Assembly (NCBI GenBank): GCA_017650925.1
Contig: JAGCDY010000053.1
Coordinates: 10,977-74,976, forward strand
DNA from: a bacterium
Lineage (GTDB): Bacteria > Auribacterota > UBA3054
DNA length: 64,000 nucleotides
Direction of reading: 5' to 3'
The notes under the pieces are model-generated. The model was given only the letters and a program-made list of their open reading frames with translations, ran no database searches and was not told the DNA's origin. The translations under genes were made by a program, and so were the position numbers. Below are positions 32,901 to 39,466 of this stretch, piece after piece (position 1 is the first letter of the stretch; each line of letters begins with the position of its first letter).

Positions 32901-33606
32901 AAAAGCCCAGAACCGAGAAGAACTTCTCCCAGAAAGTGGCCTTGTTTATGCCGGACTCCTCGCTATCCTCTTCGTCTGATGGGAAAAGTAAGGAGTAGAG
33001 GCGGGCGAACTGGTCCTGGAAGAAGACCATTGTCATCATGAGGAAGGTGTGGAAAGGCCGGCTCTCGTTGTCCTCAATGCCTTCGTCCTGCTCATCCTGA
33101 GCCTGTTCGGTAACGCCCGCCTCCGTATTCTCGGCCTTCTTCGCGCCTCCTTTGAAAACGTAGGTCTTGCCGAGAATGTAATTCAGCACTATCACGATTG
33201 GCTGCGCTATGTATTTCGCAGCCACTCCAGGCGAAACGATCCTGAAGAAAGCCACGCAGCCGCCCAGCGACAGCGCCAGCTCGTAATTTTCGGGAATGAT
33301 GACGGAAAGAAGTTTCGTCAAGGCCACGTCCAGCACGCCGGAAAGCCCTCTGGCCAGCGCGAAGCGCCAAACCTCTTTCCCCAGCTCGACTTTGTTTTCG
33401 CATTTGGAATTGAAAACGAAGATCTTGTTAGAAACGTAGGCGAAGATCTTGGCGCAAATTACAGAGATGACGCCGGAAGTGGTCACGCCGCAGCCAAGCT
33501 TATAAAATATCTGGTAGACCGCCAGATTGACGACGGTCGTGAGCACGCCGCATATCAGATACGCCGTGATCTCCCCCAATTTGCTCTTTTTCTTCGTTCC
33601 CGCCAT
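29983..33606 (-). CDS. giant membrane protein: N-terminal GtrA-like domain + ~12-14 TM polytopic region (GT-C/YfhO-like?) + soluble region + C-terminal CBM4/9-like jelly-roll
   Basis: 1207 aa. Residues ~10-145 show a GtrA pattern (four TM helices; YLICGVLTTVVNLAVY..., AKIFAYVSNKIFVFN). An acidic linker follows, then many hydrophobic helices across residues ~300-680. A helical-repeat-like soluble region comes next. The C-terminus begins NRYFENGLGVWR, typical of CBM_4_9-type sugar-binding modules. Confidence 0.7.
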   Translation of the reverse strand: MAGTKKKSKLGEITAYLICGVLTTVVNLAVYQIFYKLGCGVTTSGVISVICAKIFAYVSNKIFVFNSKCENKVELGKEVWRFALARGLSGVLDVALTKLLSVIIPENYELALSLGGCVAFFRIVSPGVAAKYIAQPIVIVLNYILGKTYVFKGGAKKAENTEAGVTEQAQDEQDEGIEDNESRPFHTFLMMTMVFFQDQFARLYSLLFPSDEEDSEESGINKATFWEKFFSVLGFFRFFEIIDWISSLFGRKKSGEYYDGTSGAYGEAGEDIYSDAGAAGGMVKREKIGARGRFLIKVSAYALTFLATIVLVVSLWMISKGMYRNFTMNQDHIFRQAHMFESWRDLLFDGSGSRCGSLFGAAQIAYAWICSKINYAKLVSPNQYAMLSCLVSAACLFILAFSQTAVRMLTSSTLMTLGLLFLLAGRNILQLDGGLFSIQLLLLLLILTTYRATVSGYRGGYKYFLMRCVLVSLLAGMPGTMPVFAFICLVLMILTQAVGIIWNARKSGVGNFVFLALSRFLPLLLPIASLYFFCGGLDPLKYEIGGDFWIVSSPNPMTVSPFLARTGSLCIVSIVLGGLLMFFSELKRCGLYCILTSALFYFFLRLTKLDPGTVGYASTVFLSMIIGVGGMLCGQLISLLSRLVCRVFMTPRLKPLLASLIVLPFIIYLVTARSTGFESESSDLSEMTEKICKCLDDQASGFREGDVLILPKMARGEEGGNSLYDVIRYENRRKAARNWEIIEDNDLASRAASLSNSEGNAWWALCLDAPAEFGFVSDICEIKVSSERLVLLRSTVPVHSAQQLAAMYLAVLCCVDTSWSREGRDELCSQLALLPAVSLDDMTYTSLSKAYRRGFVRGCKLMDPEELSKCRSIAARWAYAYRMRDLKSAQRYLDMTVKDFPDIVFLTEVYRHFGGDLKFVSPVAMVENYGLSENTFKIFTSLYDKIYRDNPANVVYFDAWDKIKRGMSDKKEKTIDEAYRERFKKEIALTVTNDLPRSAIFSEPGECLQNRYFENGLGVWRTESVKGEKIPSTFISIPDLWLLAQGEPGGLAGVSQRLELEKGIYLGQAYARIPEGREAPDEISLKFRVQSLDAPALTAKWKAGVGQWSLGYIIVTNEANCRVSFYCGSENISSPGSVEFTDVSFRRIDGEFEERFKNSPIGWRIRRGSDPVALQLEENERQLSLEKAVRGREPHEEKGAIDIQQPF

Positions 33607-33666
33607 AAATACTCAATGTTTCAAAGTATTTTAGCAAAAAAAGTTTTTTTAAACTATCAGCGCTAT

Positions 33667-33695
33667 TGCAAAAGGACCGCCCTTTTGGTAGACTA
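33667..33695 (+). promoter_or_regulatory. candidate sigma70 promoter for tRNA-Ser
   Basis: TTGCAA, a 17-nt spacer, then TAGACT. It ends 16 nt before the mature tRNA 5' end. Confidence 0.45.
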
Positions 33696-33711
33696 ACCCC
33701 TGCAATTCGTG

Positions 33712-33804
33712 GAGAGATGGCTGAGTGGACGATAGCAACGGCTTGCTAAGCCGTCATACGGTGTTTAACCGTATCGAGGGTTCGAATCCCTCTCTCTCCG
33801 CCAC
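33712..33804 (+). tRNA. tRNA-Ser (anticodon GCT), CCA encoded
   Basis: Manual cloverleaf. Acceptor stem is GGAGAGA/TCTCTCC. Anticodon stem is ACGGC/GCCGT with loop TTGCTAA. A long variable arm (ATACGG/CCGTAT) marks a class II tRNA. T arm is GAGGG-TTCGAAT-CCCTC. Discriminator G is followed by CCA. Confidence 0.92.
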
Positions 33805-33814
33805 TTAATTTTAA

Positions 33815-33837
33815 GCCGCTTTCCGCGGCTTTTTTTA
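33815..33837 (+). terminator. intrinsic terminator after tRNA-Ser
   Basis: AGCCGC-tttcc-GCGGCT followed by a T-run. Confidence 0.7.
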
Positions 33838-33856
33838 ACCTCTTCTTCTATCTGCG

Positions 33857-34747
33857 ATGTTCTCTTTTTTGAACCGAGGCCTTGATTACGAGCCGCCCAA
33901 AGAACGCGAAGTAATGCCGACCGGCAAGCTTTTGAGCTACGCCCAGTCCCATATCATGCCCTACGTCGTCTACGGCGTCTGCACCGCCGTGCTCGCCAAG
34001 ATAATCAATCCTTACCAGGCATACGTGTTCGCCTTCCTTCTGACTCTTCTTACGGTCGGGATATACTATTTCAAAGGAGAATATCCGGAGTTCACGCTGA
34101 AGAATCTCAAGCTCGGCGACTGGCTTCTGGCTTTCGCCATAGGCGTAGTCGGCATCGCGCTCTGGATCCTTCCCTACCACTTCGCCTGGAAAATAATGTT
34201 CGCGAAGATCCCTGTTTTCGGCAATGAGAACATCTGCCTTTCCCTGACCTACGGCTTCGATTTCGCCGAGGACGCCTTCCACAAAGCTTCCGGCGCTCTC
34301 GTTTTGCTTCCCTCGGAACTTCCGAGATCTTCCTACTCCAGGGAGATCCTCTTGGCCGGCGCTTCCCAGATGAAGGATTTTTTCCATCTCGGCATCGACG
34401 CCGGGGTCCTGGCCAATTTCCTGCTCTTCATAAGGATCGCGGGAGCAACGCTGATGGTCCCCCTCTTCGAGGAGCTCTTCAGCCGCTCCGCCCTGACCAG
34501 GTTCTGCGTGGCGGAAAAATTCAAAGAAGTGCCAATAGGCTACTATACCAAGAGAAGTTTTCTCATCGCGTTGGGATTTTTCATCCTGTCGCACCCCTGG
34601 TGGTTCGTGGCGCTCATCTGGGGAGGCTTGATCTTCTTCCTGTACTACTATAAGAAAAGCCTTCCGCTCTGCATTTTCGCGCACGGCGTCTCCAACCTGA
34701 TCCTGGGGCTTTACGTCGTGGCGACGGGAAATTATTACCTCTGGTGA
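33857..34747 (+). CDS. CPBP-family (CAAX-type) intramembrane glutamic protease
   Basis: 296 aa, polytopic. Motifs are PLFEELFSRSAL (EExxxR), a second conserved His region, and FAHGVSNL. Antisense ORF 33848-34684 is judged a shadow. Confidence 0.8.
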   Translation: MFSFLNRGLDYEPPKEREVMPTGKLLSYAQSHIMPYVVYGVCTAVLAKIINPYQAYVFAFLLTLLTVGIYYFKGEYPEFTLKNLKLGDWLLAFAIGVVGIALWILPYHFAWKIMFAKIPVFGNENICLSLTYGFDFAEDAFHKASGALVLLPSELPRSSYSREILLAGASQMKDFFHLGIDAGVLANFLLFIRIAGATLMVPLFEELFSRSALTRFCVAEKFKEVPIGYYTKRSFLIALGFFILSHPWWFVALIWGGLIFFLYYYKKSLPLCIFAHGVSNLILGLYVVATGNYYLW

Positions 34748-34751
34748 GACC

Positions 34752-34781
34752 TTGACACGGATTGAGCGCTTATGCTACCAT
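34752..34781 (+). promoter_or_regulatory. weak candidate promoter upstream of rho
   Basis: A perfect TTGACA is present, but the best -10 is TACCAT at an 18-nt spacing. It would give a ~135-nt leader. Confidence 0.3.
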
Positions 34782-34921
34782 TTCCCCAAATGATCATGGC
34801 GCTCTCTTCATTTGTTCGCGCCTAAAAAGTTTTTCTGACTGATCGTTTCCTCTATTGGTTTTTTCGCGACGGTATTCTCTCTCCGAAACGCGAGCAATTT
34901 TACAATCAATCAATCAGCTAC

Positions 34922-36169
34922 ATGGCTAATTACAATAACAAGCCGCGCAAAGGTCGTTTCCATAAAAACAGGAACGGCAACAACAACGGCAAATTCCGCA
35001 ATTACGGCAACCGCAAGCGCTATTTTGAGAACAGATTCCACAAGGATCCCGTCCTGGATGAGCCGCCCGAAGAGTTCATTCCCGTTTGCGGCGTGATGAG
35101 ACGCAACGACAAAGGCCCCATTCTGAGAAAGCCTGAAAGATCCTTCAAGCCGGAAGGAGACGAAATATACATCCGCCAGGAACTCTGCCGCCGCTACGGC
35201 CTCATACAGGGGGCTTACATCGAAGGCCGCATGGCCGAGATAGACGGCAAAAAATGGGTCTACGAAATAGATTCCGTGAACGGTCTGCTGCCGGAAGTTT
35301 TCCGCTTCAGGCCCCAGCTTACCGAGCTTCCGGCCGTCGCTCCCACGGAGCGCTTCGACCTTTCCCAAACGGGAGACGAGACCATGCGCATAGTCGATCT
35401 TGTGACTCCCATAGGCAAAGGCACCAGAGCTCTGATAGTCTCCCCGCCCAAAGCCGGCAAGACGACCATCCTTGAAAAGCTGGCCTCCTCCATCAAGAAG
35501 GTTTCCCCCGAGAGCCACGTCATCGTCCTTCTGGTCGACGAAAGGCCGGAGGAAGTCACCCAGTTCAAGCGCGTTTTGGAGGGCGTTGACGTCCTCGCCT
35601 CCTGCAACGACCAAACTCCCAAGGAACATGTCGAACTGGTCAGAGCCACCATGGACATGATCAAAGTGGAGTTGGAGTGCGGGAAGGACGTCGTTGTTCT
35701 GCTTGACAGCATAACGAGGACCGGCCGCGCCTTCAACTTAAACAACGTTTACAGCAACAAGCTTATGTCCGGCGGCCTGGCCCCCGGCTCCATGGAGATA
35801 CCCAGACGCTTTTTCGGCATGGCCAGGAAGATCGAGAACGGCGGCTCCCTTACCATAATAGCCACCGCGCTCATAGACACCGGCTCCCGCATGGACGAAC
35901 TGATCTTCCAGGAATTCAAAGGGACCGGCAACTGTGAGATCGTCCTCGACCGCGTTTTGGCGGAAGCGAGGATCTTCCCGGCTGTCAACGTCTATCAGTC
36001 CGGCACCCGCCGCGAAGAGCTTCTCTACTCTGAGAAGGAATACGCCAAGATCGTGACGCTCCGCCGCATCCTGGCGGACGAGAACGTAAAGGACGCCGCG
36101 GTGACTTTGAAAGAACTCATCGCCCGCTACGATACGAACAAAGCTCTGTTAGCTTCGCTTCGCGGTTAA
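34922..36169 (+). CDS. rho: transcription termination factor Rho with an atypical basic Asn/Arg/Lys-rich N-terminus
   Basis: 415 aa. Walker A is SPPKAGKTT, followed by LLVDERPEEV. Q/R-loop regions include ATALIDTGSRMDELIFQEFKGTGNCEIVLDR. The N-terminal ~45 aa read MANYNNKPRKGRFHKNRNGNNNGKFRNYGNRKRYFENRFHKD. Confidence 0.95.
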   Translation: MANYNNKPRKGRFHKNRNGNNNGKFRNYGNRKRYFENRFHKDPVLDEPPEEFIPVCGVMRRNDKGPILRKPERSFKPEGDEIYIRQELCRRYGLIQGAYIEGRMAEIDGKKWVYEIDSVNGLLPEVFRFRPQLTELPAVAPTERFDLSQTGDETMRIVDLVTPIGKGTRALIVSPPKAGKTTILEKLASSIKKVSPESHVIVLLVDERPEEVTQFKRVLEGVDVLASCNDQTPKEHVELVRATMDMIKVELECGKDVVVLLDSITRTGRAFNLNNVYSNKLMSGGLAPGSMEIPRRFFGMARKIENGGSLTIIATALIDTGSRMDELIFQEFKGTGNCEIVLDRVLAEARIFPAVNVYQSGTRREELLYSEKEYAKIVTLRRILADENVKDAAVTLKELIARYDTNKALLASLRG

Positions 36170-36185
36170 TTCGCTAGTAATACCC

Positions 36186-36289
36186 GAGACGAAAAGAAGG
36201 ATACCTCCCAAAGCGAACTCACGGAGGACGCACGTTAGAGAAATCGAGCGCGTAGTCCGTGAGCTGGGGAGGTATCCTTTTTTCGTCTC
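36186..36289 (+). terminator. 104-nt nested hairpin ending in a U-tract; probable rho terminator, possibly a structured RNA element
   Basis: The outer arms are GAGACGAAAAGAAGGATACCTCCC (36186-36209) and GGGAGGTATCCTTTTTTCGTCTC (36267-36289), forming ~23 bp with one bulge. The inner stem CTCACGGA/TCCGTGAG is a perfect 8 bp, with further ACGC/GCGT pairing inside. The subregion GGATACCTCCC...GGGAGGTATCC plus TTTTTT looks like an intrinsic terminator. Confidence 0.5.
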
Positions 36290-36329
36290 AGAGAATTTTC
36301 GCGAGGAGTTTTTGGTAAAATGAAAAGAT

Positions 36330-37361
36330 ATGAGTTCCCTTATTAGAAACATACCCCAGAAGGACGACGTCGTCGACCTCACCCTCAGGCCCCAGCGCTT
36401 TTCCGACTTCACCGGTCAGGAGAGGATCAAGGAGCAGCTGCACATCGCGGTCGAGGCCGCGAGAAGAAGAGACGAAGCCGTCGACCACATCCTTCTCTAC
36501 GGCCCTCCCGGACTCGGCAAGACGACGCTGGCGAACATCATCGCCCAGGAAAGAGGCGTCAACATCAAGACCACTTCCGGCCCCATCATCGAGAAACCCG
36601 GAGACTTGGCCGGGCTTCTGACAAATCTGGAAAACGGCGACATTCTTTTCATCGACGAGATCCACCGACTCGATTCTTCCGTGGAGGAATATCTCTATTC
36701 CGCCATGGAGGACTTCTTCATCGATATCATGATCGACCAGGGCCCCCAGGCCCGCTCGGTGAGGCTGGATCTGAAGCATTTCACGCTTATCGGCGCCACG
36801 ACCAGGATGGGAAACCTCACGGCTCCTCTAAGGGAACGCTTCGGGATCTCGCTCAGGCTTGAATTCTACAGCGTAAAGGAGCTCTGCGAGATCGTCAGGC
36901 GCTCCGCCAAGATACTGAATACTGGCATAGAGGAGGAGGCTCTCTCCGAGATCGCCGGACGCTCACGGGGAACGCCGAGGATCGCGAACTTCCTCGTCCG
37001 CAGGGTCAGGGACTACGCCCAGGTCAAAGGCGACGGGATCATCACTCCGAAGCTGGCCAGGGAAGCTCTCAATATGCTGAGGATAGACGACCTTGGCCTC
37101 GACGACATGGACCACGCCTATCTCAAAACTCTCATAGAAAAATTCGGCGGCCGCCCGACCGGCGTGAACAACATCGCTGTGACGATCAGCGAGGAGGTCT
37201 CGACCATAGAGGAAGTCATTGAACCCTACCTCATCCAGCAGGGGTTCATCATGCGGACCAACAAGGGCCGCGTTCCTTTGAAGAAAGCCTACGACCACCT
37301 CGGTCTGAGTTACGACGGCCCCATCGTGGACGAACTATTCAATTTCAACAACAATCAGTAA
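36330..37361 (+). CDS. ruvB: Holliday junction branch migration helicase RuvB
   Basis: 343 aa with [13 protein letters not shown], Walker [20 protein letters not shown] and [18 protein letters not shown]. Confidence 0.95.
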   Translation: MSSLIRNIPQKDDVVDLTLRPQRFSDFTGQERIKEQLHIAVEAARRRDEAVDHILLYGPPGLGKTTLANIIAQERGVNIKTTSGPIIEKPGDLAGLLTNLENGDILFIDEIHRLDSSVEEYLYSAMEDFFIDIMIDQGPQARSVRLDLKHFTLIGATTRMGNLTAPLRERFGISLRLEFYSVKELCEIVRRSAKILNTGIEEEALSEIAGRSRGTPRIANFLVRRVRDYAQVKGDGIITPKLAREALNMLRIDDLGLDDMDHAYLKTLIEKFGGRPTGVNNIAVTISEEVSTIEEVIEPYLIQQGFIMRTNKGRVPLKKAYDHLGLSYDGPIVDELFNFNNNQ

Positions 37362-37366
37362 AAACA

Positions 37367-38251
37367 ATGGAAACTTTTGAAGGCAAACTGGTACTGGGCC
37401 TCCCCAAGGGCAGCCTGGAGTCCGCCACCTGCGAGATATTCCGCAAAGCCGGCTACACGATCAACATCAGCGGCCGCTCCTATTATCCGACCATCAACGA
37501 CGACGACATCAAGCCGATACTTATCCGCTCCCAGGAAATGTCGAGGTACGTGGAAGCCGGACACCTTGACTGCGGCATCTGCGGCCACGACTGGATCGTC
37601 GAGAACCAGAGCGACGTAGTCGAGATCTGTGAGATGATGTACAGCAAGGCCACCGCCAACCCGGTGAGGTGGGTGCTTTGCGTGCACAACGACAGCCCCT
37701 ACGAGAAGCCCGAGGATCTGGAAGGCAAGCTTATTGCCACGGAAGCCGTCAACATGACGAAGAAATATTTCGCGGAAAAAGGCATCAACGTCAAAATAGA
37801 ATTCTCCTGGGGCGCCACGGAAGTGAAGTGCCCGAACCTGGTGGACGCCATCGTCGAGCTGACCGAGACCGGCTCCTCTCTGAGGGCCAACAATCTTAAG
37901 ATCATCGACACGCTGACCACCTCCACCACGCGCTTCATCGCCAACAAGAAAGCCATGGAGGATCCCTTCAAACGCGAAAAGATCGAGAACCTTTCTATGC
38001 TGCTCCAAGGCGCCCTGAGAGCGAGGGACAAGGTCGGCCTGAAACTGAACGCTCCCCTTTCCAAACTGGAGGAGATCTCGGCCATCCTGCCCTGCATGAG
38101 GGAGCCCACGATCTCTCCTCTGAAAGACAAGGACTGGGTCGCCATGGAAGTCGTGCTGGACGAAGTCACCAGCAGGGATCTCATCCCGAAGCTGAAGGCT
38201 TTCGGAGCCCAGGACATCATCGAATACCCCTTAAACAAAGTCATCCCCTAA
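37367..38251 (+). CDS. hisG: ATP phosphoribosyltransferase, long form
   Basis: 294 aa with LVLGLPKGSLE, DAIVELTETGSSLRAN and a C-terminal regulatory domain (EPTISPL...WVAMEVV). No other his genes are in the window. Confidence 0.88.
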   Translation: METFEGKLVLGLPKGSLESATCEIFRKAGYTINISGRSYYPTINDDDIKPILIRSQEMSRYVEAGHLDCGICGHDWIVENQSDVVEICEMMYSKATANPVRWVLCVHNDSPYEKPEDLEGKLIATEAVNMTKKYFAEKGINVKIEFSWGATEVKCPNLVDAIVELTETGSSLRANNLKIIDTLTTSTTRFIANKKAMEDPFKREKIENLSMLLQGALRARDKVGLKLNAPLSKLEEISAILPCMREPTISPLKDKDWVAMEVVLDEVTSRDLIPKLKAFGAQDIIEYPLNKVIP

Positions 38252-38252
38252 A

Positions 38253-38492
38253 ATGGCAATAAAAGAATTTACCCTCGCCTTCCTGGCGGATGAGATCAAG
38301 GACGCCTCCTTCGTCGGCTGGCTCGTGAAAGAGGGCGAAAGCGTAAAGGAAGGCGACGACCTCTGCGAAATCGTGACCGACAAGGCCTCGCTGGTCCTGT
38401 CCGTTCCCGAAGACGGCAAAATAGCCAGCCAGCTTGCGAAAAAAGGCGACCGTCTCGAAAACGACACGGTCCTCCTAACCATGGAAGTGTAA
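38253..38492 (+). CDS. stand-alone lipoyl/biotinyl-attachment domain protein
   Basis: 79 aa. The E2-type lipoyl-domain pattern is VGWLVKEGESVKEGDDLCEIVTDKASLVLSVPEDGKI, with the Lys in the TDKAS hairpin. It starts 1 nt after the hisG stop and ends immediately before the next ATG. Confidence 0.7.
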   Translation: MAIKEFTLAFLADEIKDASFVGWLVKEGESVKEGDDLCEIVTDKASLVLSVPEDGKIASQLAKKGDRLENDTVLLTMEV

Positions 38493-39446
38493 ATGATCAC
38501 CTTCCCGGATGAATACGAAAGCGGTTCCGTAGGACGCAAGCAGCCCCTCTCGGACGGGCTCGTCGCCGTGATACTGGCGTACAACGACGAGAAGACGATC
38601 CAAAACGTTGTCAAGAAAACGCTGCGCAAATGCGAACGTTGCATCGTCGTTGACGACGGTTCCTCCGACCGCACCGTCGAATTAGCCCAGCAGTCGAGAG
38701 CTGAGATCATAACGCACGTTTCCACAAGAGGCATGATAGCCTCTTTTAACACCGCCGTGGCCTATCTCAGGGACAGCGACTTCAAATACGCGATCTTCCT
38801 GTCCGCCAGCGGCCAGCACGAGCCCGGCGACATGCACCGCTTCGTAAGGATGGCGCAGGTCAGGAACGCCGACATAATCTGCGGAAGCCGCGAGAAGAAC
38901 AGAAGAAGCATCCCAACTCTCACCAAATGGGCCAACATTCTGGCCGATTTCTGCATCAAGTTCAAGTACGGCTACAGGCTGAACGATCCCTTGTGCAATT
39001 ACCGCATGCTCAGTAAAAAAGTCATAGCCACTCTTCCGCCCTGCAAACACAATTACCTTCTGACCGCGCACATTCTGCGCCACGCCTACGGGCTGAAACT
39101 GAGAGTCGGACATCTGGCGGTCACGGTCGGTCAGAATTACGTGACTAAGCCTGCCAGAGCCAGGAGAGACTTCAAGCAGAGCCTCTACATGTCGCTCTTC
39201 ATTCTCTTCACTCCCAATCCGAGTCTGGAGAAGAAGGAAAAGAAAGCCGCCCGCAAGCTGGCGGAGGAAAGCTCCAAGCCGATTCTGAAGCCCATAGACG
39301 AAAACGAAAGCAAACCGAAGAAACGCAGGCGCCGCTACAACAACAGAAAACGCAGCGCCTCCGAAATTAGGGCCATAAAGGACCGCATCATGGACAGCAA
39401 GTCCCCGGAAGTTCTGAAAGAGGAACAGGAAGCGAAATTCAATTAA
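38493..39446 (+). CDS. GT2-fold (DPM1/GtrB-like) protein with a degenerate DxD motif and a Lys/Arg-rich tail
   Basis: 317 aa with VAVILAYNDEKTI and CIVVDDGSSDRT. Where the family has MDADxQH, this protein reads LSASGQHEP. Where GDFR is usual, it reads CNYR. The C-terminal ~80 aa are highly basic (KKEKKAARK...KPKKRRRRYNNRKR). Confidence 0.7.
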   Translation: MITFPDEYESGSVGRKQPLSDGLVAVILAYNDEKTIQNVVKKTLRKCERCIVVDDGSSDRTVELAQQSRAEIITHVSTRGMIASFNTAVAYLRDSDFKYAIFLSASGQHEPGDMHRFVRMAQVRNADIICGSREKNRRSIPTLTKWANILADFCIKFKYGYRLNDPLCNYRMLSKKVIATLPPCKHNYLLTAHILRHAYGLKLRVGHLAVTVGQNYVTKPARARRDFKQSLYMSLFILFTPNPSLEKKEKKAARKLAEESSKPILKPIDENESKPKKRRRRYNNRKRSASEIRAIKDRIMDSKSPEVLKEEQEAKFN

Positions 39447-39466
39447 AAAATAAATCAAGGATCATT

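Noticed and set aside
33600-33860. The divergent strand switch (all genes to the left on minus, all to the right on plus) as a possible replication origin.
   Set aside because: The gap is only ~100 nt plus a tRNA. I see no cluster of DnaA-box-like nonamers, no AT-rich unwinding element of adequate size, and no dnaA, dnaN or gyrB nearby. Further strand switches occur at 51.3, 56.9 and 63.1 kb.
33712-33860. tRNA-Ser as an integration hotspot marking a genomic island.
   Set aside because: There is no integrase, no direct repeat of the tRNA 3' end and no compositional break that I can see on either side. The flanking genes are ordinary chromosomal genes.
36186-36289. The nested hairpin as a 4.5S/SRP RNA or as a MITE.
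   Set aside because: It lacks the conserved SRP helix-8 features: the GNRA tetraloop with flanking AGCA/GGAA-type symmetric-loop sequences. I see no target-site duplication at its ends and no second copy in this window. It is kept only as a terminator or unclassified structured element.
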